Source: Candidatus Falkowbacteria bacterium RIFOXYC2_FULL_36_12
GTDB taxonomy: Bacteria > Patescibacteriota > Patescibacteriia > UBA11705
DNA length: 64,000 bases
NCBI GenBank assembly: GCA_001778235.1
Contig: MFGJ01000008.1
Location: 61,313 to 125,312, forward strand
Direction: 5' to 3'
In this document: positions 48,623 to 56,889 of the stretch, piece by piece
Position numbering within the stretch: position 1 is the stretch's first letter
Layout of the letters: each line of letters starts with the position of its first letter
Made by a program: the position numbers and the translations under genes
The notes under the pieces: model-generated
What the model was told of the DNA's origin: nothing
The model's database searches: none
Seen by the model: the letters and a program-made list of their open reading frames with translations, nothing else

Positions 48623-51600
48623 ATGCGCATTCCAGACCTAGATTCCTTGAAATATTTTACTGGTAGCAAAATTAACCGAGAGGTGATTATTCCAAAGACT
48701 GAAATTGATGGCAATAAAATCGGTGATCAATTAATTGCACATCCTTCAAATACTAATTTTCGAGACGATCTCCGTGGTCACATCTATACAATAGTTGCTT
48801 TCACCAATGATACCTATAATAAAATATCTGCAATTATGCAATGTGGCGATTTATTGAATAAATGCTTTACATCAGTAGTTGCTGACCTACATGAAAAACA
48901 TATTAGAATCAGAAGTGGTAACACTTTTTTCAGCCAAAATGGAAATAGCTATATTGCCACAGACTCAACCAATCTAGCTGGTTTTTGCGTCAGAGACGAA
49001 CTAGTATGGAAAAATACAGCTGAAGTACCCCAGTGGTTACTATCACAAGATTTATGGCTTAAAAGAAAAGTTATTGTTGGATTCACAAATAGCGCTGAAG
49101 CAATTGTACAAGTTGATGACAAATATCATACCAAACTGACTCTCGACCAATTAACAAGCTTTAACCGAAAGACAAGTGTAATTAGTAGAAATAAAGAATT
49201 CCACTCAATTAGTAATACAGTAATCACTGTCACCGATACTCTTGAATACGAAGGTTACAAGGTAGGTCAAATACTCACATTAAAGACTGTAGATGCCCAT
49301 CCCCTTGTCAGAAACGCCTCAAAAATTGTTGTTGTTGGTTTTACTTCTATGAACGCTATCGTCAAGCAACTTGATTTAAATCTTTGTGTTTTGGATCATC
49401 TAATGGACACTAATAACTTTTTCCACAACACAGAAATAATCGCCCCAGAATTTCAGCATCTCTATCAAACAACACCAAGGGGAGAAACAGCCATGGACAG
49501 CTACTTCCTGCCAGACATTGTACCAAATCAGCAAAAAATTCTAACAGATAATGAAGTTGATTATACTTACTTTACCAATGTTAGAAATACTCAACTTAAT
49601 ATTGGACATGATGGTATTATCATCAATGATAAGTCTTCACTGGAAATGGCTTGCAACCTCCTAGGAATAATTGTTTCCGCCCAATACCCCACCAACTATG
49701 ACGGCCTGCTATGGTGTAGCTACCACAAAGCCAATGACACTGAATTGGCAACTCAAGTTAACACTCGATCTACCAAAATCAGAAAACACAGCTGGAACAC
49801 TGACACCAATCCATTCATCGCAATTATTCGAGAACACTTATTCCCGTACTTGCCTGAAACGATTGATACAGTCGTCTTGGAAGATGCCAATCATACATAT
49901 CGAGCCCCTACCAACAACAGTACTGAATTCCGCATTTTAAACTGGGCCACACCATCTGAAACTCAACAACTTGAACTCCCATCTCTAATCTTTGCTCGAG
50001 TCAGACCATCCTCAACTTCCTATGCTCAAAGTAATCTTGGTTTCGTCATCAGCTGTCCATATACAAAACACGATGTTGCCGAACTGATCGGAAATGATCT
50101 CTACATTCTATTCGATATTTGTCCACATGGTAGTGCCAATGAACTGGAAATTTTCCAAGAAATTATTATTAGAGTAGCAAAATTCTTGCAAATGCCTGAA
50201 GCAGAACAACGAGCCTATGAAAAAAAACTCTTTGACCGCAATAAAATTGTATTGATAAGTTGGAATAGAACTGGTGATAAAACCGAACAAGCCAAAGTCA
50301 CTGCTTCCCGAGCCTTTCATGAAATCACTGGAAAATTTAGCCAAATTAGAATAACTCCATGCACTAAAGAACAAATACCTCTACAAACAGCACAAAGAGC
50401 TGATCGTCCGGATATTCTATCAATTTATCTCTGGGCAGGTATTTCAGACACTACTCCATCCGTCCCATCTCCCAAAAATATTTTTGGTGTTCAAACTCCC
50501 TATCCAGGTGAAGCAGGCTTTTTTGGTTTTGATGCATCTAACATTAGTTATGTAATTTTTGATGGAGAAACAGCAATCGCTGAAATCCTTGGTAATTCTG
50601 TATATGTTCTTCATTCAATCTTCGCGAAGAATGAACCAAACGAACAAAAACTTTTAGAAATTATTTTTGGTAAAATCGCTGATTTCTACAAACTGTCTGA
50701 AGAAGAACAAAAACAAGCTTATACCGCCCAAGCCCCTATTAGAGATGAAATACAAAAAAAAGCCCAGCAGCTTAAAAAAATACAGATTGTAACCTTTGGC
50801 AACATGCGTGCAACAAAAGCAAAGACTATTGCCACCATCTATGAAGCCTTAATGCCAATTATTGAGAATTACCAGAAAATCAAATTTCACTACGGAAATG
50901 CTAAGACACTTAATAATGATGAAACAACCGCCATAGCCAATTCTGATGGTTGTCTAAACATCTATCTCTGGGCTGGTATTGCTGAATCAAATCCAAATGG
51001 TAAAACCGTCAAATCATTTAAAGAGAAGATGTTTGACATAGCAATCCCCCACTATTCTTCTGAACCTCGCTTCACGCCGTCATACAAAGAATATGTAATT
51101 TTTGATGACGACGAACCCATTGCTGAAATTATCAATGATACGATTATTATTCTAGCTCTAGTTTGTTTTGAAAATGACCCACACGAATATCAGTTACTTT
51201 CTGAAACCCTAAAAAGAGCTACTGCGTATTATGTCCTATCACCTGAACAAAAATCAGCACTTGTAGCTACGCAACGCAAACAAAAAAAATTCCGCTATTT
51301 CAATCTGTCATCATATGACCAGTTTAGGACTCAATTAACTTCTTCAGCCAAAACTCATCTTGTACCATTCCTACCCGACGATATACATATACTCAATTTT
51401 TCCTATGATCAAGTTAAAGTAAAAAATGAACATAAAGCCAAAGCAAAAGAATTTAGTGTCCATCTATACGCTTGCCCAGAAGAACAAATAGCCGACCAAG
51501 TTTATTGCCCGAAAACATTACTTGGGATTGCAGGCACTGATACAGACTACAAAGCTTTCACTCTTGAAGGTGAAAACTTTGCTGTAATAGATGATGATAC

Positions 51601-52426
51601 AAAGTTTATTGTCGCTGAATTAATTGGCAACGATCTCTACATTGGTCTGCCGATTCTACGCTTTCACCATGGTCAGGGCTACTCTACCTCTATCAGCTTG
51701 TGCGAAAAAATATTCCAGCAGATTTCTGTTTTTCTACGAATGACTCCAGAAGAACTAAAACTCTATCACGAAGAAAAACTAAAAAGAAATCGTGATCGTT
51801 ATATCTCTATCACTCTAAAACGGCTTGATACTGAAAGACAAGAACACCTTGATAAAATCAATAAAAATGCCGAAAAAATTCAATCCATGGAAAAAGAACT
51901 GATTGAGCTAAGAAGATCCCAAGCAAAAAGTAGCCGTGAATTACAAATGCTTGATAATGAAAATGATACATTCCGAGCAAAGTTAGCCGAAGAATTTGAT
52001 GCTATTATCAAATTCTCAAAAATTGTTGATATTAAAATTACTTCTGATGGAAATTATCTTGTCTGCACCACAAAAACAATCTATGCACGGCATCCTCAAA
52101 CAAAAAAATATCATCAGATTGGTGCTTTCAAAATCATCATGTCAACTCATGGCAGAATAGACGCAAAAATCGTAACCTTTATTAATCTGACAAAAACCAT
52201 TGTCGGGTATAATGGTGATAATTTTTATGCACCGCATGTCTCGGCCACTGGTCATCCATGTCTTGGAACCATTGAAGGAACTTTACCCCAACTTATTGCC
52301 AGTTATGATTTCAGCGCTGCCATAATTCTCTGTATCGGATTCCTCGAGCAAGTAAACATCCATGACAATTGGGGACGCCATATTGATAAATGGGTACCAA
52401 TCCTTGATCAACTGCCCACCACCTAA
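48623..52426 (+). CDS. Large (about 1267 aa) multidomain protein with a C-terminal E2/UBC-like domain (putative Ubl-conjugating enzyme), an N-terminal unknown region and about 4 internal roughly 160-aa repeat modules
   Basis: The C-terminal roughly 130 aa read ...IVGYNGDNFYAPHVSATGHPCLGTIEGTLPQLIASYDF..., which resembles the UBC active-site region (YHPNI..G.ICLDIL) with a candidate catalytic Cys in HPCLG. Repeated modules carry AE(L/I)(I/L)GN.(L/V)Y(I/V)L ... LSEEEQK / MPEAEQR / LSPEQK / MTPEELK. A coiled coil precedes the E2 part. The start is set at the ATG with an RBS; the track ORF begins 14 codons upstream. Confidence 0.55.
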   Translation: MRIPDLDSLKYFTGSKINREVIIPKTEIDGNKIGDQLIAHPSNTNFRDDLRGHIYTIVAFTNDTYNKISAIMQCGDLLNKCFTSVVADLHEKHIRIRSGNTFFSQNGNSYIATDSTNLAGFCVRDELVWKNTAEVPQWLLSQDLWLKRKVIVGFTNSAEAIVQVDDKYHTKLTLDQLTSFNRKTSVISRNKEFHSISNTVITVTDTLEYEGYKVGQILTLKTVDAHPLVRNASKIVVVGFTSMNAIVKQLDLNLCVLDHLMDTNNFFHNTEIIAPEFQHLYQTTPRGETAMDSYFLPDIVPNQQKILTDNEVDYTYFTNVRNTQLNIGHDGIIINDKSSLEMACNLLGIIVSAQYPTNYDGLLWCSYHKANDTELATQVNTRSTKIRKHSWNTDTNPFIAIIREHLFPYLPETIDTVVLEDANHTYRAPTNNSTEFRILNWATPSETQQLELPSLIFARVRPSSTSYAQSNLGFVISCPYTKHDVAELIGNDLYILFDICPHGSANELEIFQEIIIRVAKFLQMPEAEQRAYEKKLFDRNKIVLISWNRTGDKTEQAKVTASRAFHEITGKFSQIRITPCTKEQIPLQTAQRADRPDILSIYLWAGISDTTPSVPSPKNIFGVQTPYPGEAGFFGFDASNISYVIFDGETAIAEILGNSVYVLHSIFAKNEPNEQKLLEIIFGKIADFYKLSEEEQKQAYTAQAPIRDEIQKKAQQLKKIQIVTFGNMRATKAKTIATIYEALMPIIENYQKIKFHYGNAKTLNNDETTAIANSDGCLNIYLWAGIAESNPNGKTVKSFKEKMFDIAIPHYSSEPRFTPSYKEYVIFDDDEPIAEIINDTIIILALVCFENDPHEYQLLSETLKRATAYYVLSPEQKSALVATQRKQKKFRYFNLSSYDQFRTQLTSSAKTHLVPFLPDDIHILNFSYDQVKVKNEHKAKAKEFSVHLYACPEEQIADQVYCPKTLLGIAGTDTDYKAFTLEGENFAVIDDDTKFIVAELIGNDLYIGLPILRFHHGQGYSTSISLCEKIFQQISVFLRMTPEELKLYHEEKLKRNRDRYISITLKRLDTERQEHLDKINKNAEKIQSMEKELIELRRSQAKSSRELQMLDNENDTFRAKLAEEFDAIIKFSKIVDIKITSDGNYLVCTTKTIYARHPQTKKYHQIGAFKIIMSTHGRIDAKIVTFINLTKTIVGYNGDNFYAPHVSATGHPCLGTIEGTLPQLIASYDFSAAIILCIGFLEQVNIHDNWGRHIDKWVPILDQLPTT

Positions 52427-52443
52427 GGGAGGAGAACATAAAC

Positions 52444-53508
52444 ATGGCTGGAGAAAGCTTCTTTTCCGCAATGATGAAAGCTTTTTGGCTTGGTAGATCA
52501 ACTCCACCAGTACCTGTTCAAAGAAGATTATCAACCAGACAACCAACCTACTTTTCTCCAATTAAAACCTCACCTGAAATTTTTATCTCACAAGAAATCA
52601 TTCCACTAATTCTAATTAGCGCCAAAGCTTATGCCAAAATATGGTATTATATCAGAAGTGCTATGAATTTAAGAGATGAAGAAGTCAGTTGGTTTGGAAC
52701 AGTTGATTGGGACAAAAAAACTCACATCATGACCATTGACGATGTTTTCATTCTGAAACAAAACAATACAACCATGAGTACTTCAATTGCTCCCAATGCC
52801 CTCATTGAATTCTGGCAATCTCAACCTGAAGAAGTTACCGCTCGAATTGCTTTTTGGGGACACTATCACCCACATGGCTGTACAGATCCATCACCAAAGG
52901 ACAATGAACAACTATTAGAATTTGCTGACAACAATGATTTCTTCATTAGAGGGATTTTCACTGCTGATGGCAAACTTTGTTTCACGGTTATGCTGACATA
53001 CGACAATAAACCCAACATCATTGTTATGGATGCTCCATGGGATCATGTTGACCCGAGTAACTTCTTTGACTCATCAGTTCAAACCCAAACTGAAAAAGAC
53101 TTTGCAGATGCAGTAAAAACATTTGTGCCTCCACCCAATCGAAGAAGCCGAACACATCATATTCCTCCAAACGATAGAAGATTTGTTCAGGCAACAGATC
53201 CTATTATTCCACCGTATGCCTCCCAAAATGGAACTCATGATATTAAAGCATACCCACTTGCTGGCACAATTGATCATAGACTAAGCCCAGTTATTCCCAC
53301 TTTACCAAGCGCACCAATCACTCCAACTTTTACTTCACCACAAAGAACCGGCTCTGCGACTATAACATTTACCTCTAAACCATCACTCCCTTCCGAAAAC
53401 CATGAACAACCAGAACCATCTTCACCATCTGACCAAAGTCCAGTTGACACTTCTGAAGCACCCACTTCTGATGAAGATCCAGACACAACCACTCTCGAGG
53501 TAAACTAA
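52444..53508 (+). CDS. JAB/JAMM (MPN+) metallopeptidase with a long Pro/Ser/Thr-rich disordered C-terminal tail
   Basis: The conserved Glu (LRDEEVSW) and the JAMM motif H-x-H-x7-S-x2-D read as HYHPHGCTDPSPKD. The RBS gggaggag is present. The C-terminal roughly 150 aa are low complexity. Confidence 0.7.
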   Translation: MAGESFFSAMMKAFWLGRSTPPVPVQRRLSTRQPTYFSPIKTSPEIFISQEIIPLILISAKAYAKIWYYIRSAMNLRDEEVSWFGTVDWDKKTHIMTIDDVFILKQNNTTMSTSIAPNALIEFWQSQPEEVTARIAFWGHYHPHGCTDPSPKDNEQLLEFADNNDFFIRGIFTADGKLCFTVMLTYDNKPNIIVMDAPWDHVDPSNFFDSSVQTQTEKDFADAVKTFVPPPNRRSRTHHIPPNDRRFVQATDPIIPPYASQNGTHDIKAYPLAGTIDHRLSPVIPTLPSAPITPTFTSPQRTGSATITFTSKPSLPSENHEQPEPSSPSDQSPVDTSEAPTSDEDPDTTTLEVN

Positions 53509-54201
53509 ATGTCAACCACACTAAACGAACATCTCAACCTTGTCAGACATCAACAACTTTTCAATCCTGCTGACTTGGAAGATCAAGAAATTCATGTGAT
53601 TGGTGTTGGAGCTACTGGTTCTAGAATTGCCTTATTGCTTGCCGAACTTGGAATTGAGAATCTACATCTCTGGGACTATGATACTGTTGAAGCCCACAAT
53701 GTACCCAATCAAGCTTATGGTCTGCAACATGTTGGACAATTAAAGGTTGATGCTATGGCTGAAATCATTGGAAGAGACACCAAAGCCAAAGTCATTACCC
53801 ATAATGAAAAAGTTGATGGCACTCAACATTTCGAAGGTTATGTTTTCCTGCTTGTTGATTCACTTGAAGCTAGACGACAAATCTATCAAGGAGCTCTAAA
53901 ACTAAATCCTCATATCCAAGCAATAATTGAAACCAGGATGGGCCCATTTGAAGGCAGAGTTTATATTTTCAAGCCAATCAATGTCAAACATGCTAGACAA
54001 TGGGAAAGGTCTGTCACACCAACAGTCCCTGTCCTTGCTTCAGCCTGTGGTACTGTACCTACACTTGGTAGCACCGCTACTCTGATTGCAGGTATGGCAG
54101 TCAACCAATTCATGCGTTGGACAAAAAACTCACTTGAAGTTGAAAATGAAATGATTTTTGCCACAAATCCATGGACAATCTTGACATTTAATTGGGAATA
54201 G
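53509..54201 (+). CDS. E1-like adenylating enzyme (ThiF/MoeB/HesA family), translationally coupled to the JAB gene
   Basis: A Rossmann glycine loop, VIGVGATGSRIALLLAELG, with the conserved acidic pair (WDYD), a degenerate second motif EAHNVPNQ in place of SNLNRQ, and a candidate catalytic Cys in LASACGT. Its ATG directly abuts the JAB stop (taaatg). Confidence 0.75.
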   Translation: MSTTLNEHLNLVRHQQLFNPADLEDQEIHVIGVGATGSRIALLLAELGIENLHLWDYDTVEAHNVPNQAYGLQHVGQLKVDAMAEIIGRDTKAKVITHNEKVDGTQHFEGYVFLLVDSLEARRQIYQGALKLNPHIQAIIETRMGPFEGRVYIFKPINVKHARQWERSVTPTVPVLASACGTVPTLGSTATLIAGMAVNQFMRWTKNSLEVENEMIFATNPWTILTFNWE

Positions 54202-54276
54202 TTTATACTCATATATCAAACAATCAACTCCTTCAACCACCCCCAAACGCCCTTAACCAAGGGAGGGAGAAACACC

Positions 54277-54666
54277 ATGCCTGACACTAATGATGAGTTG
54301 AAATTCACAATTGGACAAACTCTAAGAGAAATTGCTAGAACTAATGGTCTTATCCCTGAAAACTTCAAATTCTGTGTTAATGGACGCCGAGTAACTCTTG
54401 ATTACAATGTCTTGGAAGGTGATGTTATTTCTGCTGAATCAATTGATGATTCAGTTATCACTGTCCGAGTCCAGAAAATTCCTGGCAAGGCTAACTACTT
54501 TGATCTTCCTCATGGTGCAACCGTAGAACAGGCACTTAATGTTGCCGGATATAGAAACCTCACATCAGAATTTGAAGTCAAACGAGGTACAGAATATGTT
54601 GCCCTCAATGCTGAAGTCTTTCATAGTGACACTATCGTACTAGCAAGACCAACTACTGGTAATTAA
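54277..54666 (+). CDS. Small tandem beta-grasp (ubiquitin-like) protein ending in Gly-Asn
   Basis: A 129-aa protein. Two roughly 60-aa segments each show ThiS/MoaD-like hydrophobic periodicity (KFTIGQTLREIA...VNGRRV...GDVIS and ITVRVQKIPGK...GATVEQAL...EVKRGTEYV...SDTIVLARPTTGN). A strong RBS, gggagggag, is present and it is the last gene before the terminator. The fold is assigned by inference only. Confidence 0.45.
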   Translation: MPDTNDELKFTIGQTLREIARTNGLIPENFKFCVNGRRVTLDYNVLEGDVISAESIDDSVITVRVQKIPGKANYFDLPHGATVEQALNVAGYRNLTSEFEVKRGTEYVALNAEVFHSDTIVLARPTTGN

Positions 54667-54672
54667 AAAAAA

Positions 54673-54701
54673 CTGACTATTTAATACAATAGTCTTTTTT
54701 A
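54673..54701 (+). terminator. Intrinsic terminator of the ubiquitin-like operon
   Basis: The hairpin gactatt-taatac-aatagtc followed by ttttttatttt, 8 nt after the stop. Confidence 0.6.
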
Positions 54702-54789
54702 TTTTCTCATTAATTCAAAATTCATACTATAAATACTTTCTCTCCTTACATTTTTTAATTTATTCACCTTGCAAATCATTTTCCACCGT

Positions 54790-55300
54790 ATTAAGCATTT
54801 ACTTTAATATTAAATCCCACGAACATGATAAGCCTCGGGGCTTGCCTGCCGTAATCTTGATGAAGGCAGGTCTGGGGGCTTTCTTGTCGTCAACACCACC
54901 ACTAAGAAAGCATCAAACATGAACATCTCAGGGGCTTGCCTGCCGTAATCTTGATGAAGGCAGGTCTGGAGCGGCAATGCGCGCTACCAACACGCTCATT
55001 TGTCACCCCTGAAATTAATTCAGGGCAGGCTCTGAATTTATTTCAGGGTATAATCAAGCTATCCCTTTATACTCTGAAATCCATCTTCGTTAAAACTTCG
55101 CTGGACAAGCAAGTTCAGAGTGACAAATTGAAATATATAAACAACAATAACAACTAACGCATCTTGCCCGTCTTCATCGTGAAGTCGAGACAGGCTATGC
55201 TTTCAGGCAGGGTGTCAAAAAAACTTGCTTTAGCAAAATGATAACTTACTTTAGTGAAACTTATCATCTTCTTTAATGTTAAATCCCACGAGCTGTCGCT
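54790..55300. repeat. Mosaic repeat region downstream of the ubiquitin-like operon
   Basis: Two module B copies (54833-54872 and 54932-54971) with cacgaacatga..ctcgggg and aagcatcaaacatgaacatctcagggg leaders; gcggcaatgcgcgctaccaacac; module A variants (cacccctgaaattaattcagggcaggctctgaatttatttcagggtat); a 70-bp copy of atccctttatactctgaaatccatcttcgttaaaacttcgctggacaagcaagttcagagtgacaaatt (identical to 22500-22570); and cttgctttagcaaaatgat. Confidence 0.75.
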
Positions 55301-55366
55301 AGTAATTTATGTTTATAACAAAAAAGTGCACTAAATTTAGTACACAATATTATTTAAACTCTATTC

Positions 55367-56719
55367 CTAATCGTCTCTACGAGAGTTCAGACGAAGTCTC
55401 GCCGTCCCCACACGACCGGACGGCAGTGCCGGCTGATCATTCGAAGGATTCAAAGCCGGTCCACTCACACCACCACCAAGGAGATTACTCTGTGCAGTTC
55501 TGGGTCGAATATCAGTCAAATCACTCTGCAAACTTCTCCAAGGAATGTCCATTGCAGTATAAAGCATAAACATGAGCATTCTTGTTTCCATTTGACTATT
55601 CGGAGGAAACTTGTCCCGATTACGAAGAAGCATAACAGCAGCAGCAAACTGCTTCAACTTCAATTCCATTCTCTCATGTTCCGAAGTCACATCGAGCAGA
55701 CCCCTTTCAACCAACATCAACTTCAATTCATCATCAGTAGTCGCTCCAACCATCAGAGGCAATTCCTTATTCTTCAACAAATTCTTCACATCCACAGATT
55801 CAGCCATCAATTCACGAGGAACTGGAAGAATCGGACCAGCAAACATCTTATTGAAATTCTGATGAGCCACATCAACCGCATCACGCACCATACCAGCGTC
55901 AACAGGTGAAGCAAAACTTACAAGAGAAGCAGTCGCGACAGAATTAGGATTAACCACCTTCTGCATACCAACTTCAATCGCATCATAAAATCTCTGCTGT
56001 CTGAAAACATCCGACGACTCAAACCACTTCTGAATCTGAACTGCAACATTATGCAAGGTTCTCCACAAAAACTTGTCAACTCGCTCATAGAAAACAGCTT
56101 TACGCGCATCATCAACAAAACTTCCATCCTTCGTGATTGCATCCAGAATGTGTCGGTACTGACGCCTTCTAATCTGTCGTTCCAGTGCGTAAAATGCAGG
56201 CTTCGACGGGGAGTCAATTTTCATCTGATGATCAAGCATCATCTTGTGCAAGACTGTTGGAATGCTAAAAAATCCCGTTCTATTAGCAAGTGCAACACTG
56301 ACTGCATAAACAACATCATTTGGCTCAATCAGATCGCGAAGTTCAGTGTCACGCTTCAAAACGCCAACAACAGTGTCATCATCAAAAGCAACATCTCCCA
56401 GCATATCTTCGACCTGAACATCTTCAACTACTTCAGCTTCTTTTTCATCAGCGCCATAAAGCATACCCAGATTCTTACGAAGCACAGCCTTGGGAACAAC
56501 CTTTGTATCAACCAATGCACCACACAAATCACCAAACGGAGCTGACTCTTGAGTCAAGTAATTTACAGCATCATCTTGGTAAATCTGGTCGAGGAAAAGC
56601 GGGTACAGACCATTAGCCAAAGTCTGAACATTCAGATGACATACTTCAGCAAATCTATTCAAACGACTAAGCATACTTTGGTGAAGTCTCTTTAGATCGA
56701 CAGAGACAACTTCGGTCAT
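55367..56719 (-). CDS. Hypothetical protein (451 aa) with G/C-rich codon usage, looking foreign
   Basis: The RBS ggagg lies 7 nt upstream of the ATG at 56717-56719 (MTEVVSVDLKRL...). Third codon positions are rich in G/C, unlike the neighbouring genes. No family recognised. Confidence 0.5.
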   Translation of the reverse strand: MTEVVSVDLKRLHQSMLSRLNRFAEVCHLNVQTLANGLYPLFLDQIYQDDAVNYLTQESAPFGDLCGALVDTKVVPKAVLRKNLGMLYGADEKEAEVVEDVQVEDMLGDVAFDDDTVVGVLKRDTELRDLIEPNDVVYAVSVALANRTGFFSIPTVLHKMMLDHQMKIDSPSKPAFYALERQIRRRQYRHILDAITKDGSFVDDARKAVFYERVDKFLWRTLHNVAVQIQKWFESSDVFRQQRFYDAIEVGMQKVVNPNSVATASLVSFASPVDAGMVRDAVDVAHQNFNKMFAGPILPVPRELMAESVDVKNLLKNKELPLMVGATTDDELKLMLVERGLLDVTSEHERMELKLKQFAAAVMLLRNRDKFPPNSQMETRMLMFMLYTAMDIPWRSLQSDLTDIRPRTAQSNLLGGGVSGPALNPSNDQPALPSGRVGTARLRLNSRRDD

Positions 56720-56889
56720 GACACACCTCCACACACCCTCCGCTGTCACCCCAGCGGGCAAGGTTCGCAGGTCCGCCTTGGCCTGCAAGTCTATTTTATT
56801 TAATTGTAATGACCTTCGCAGAAACCATAATTTACCAAAACTTTTCAACTTTGTCAAACAAATCACATGTTAAACAATTTTCTTCTATT

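Noticed and set aside
54936-55157. ORF 54936..55157 (+), 73 aa
   Set aside because: It is the same repeat-derived pseudo-peptide as above and lies inside the repeat cluster downstream of the Ubl operon.
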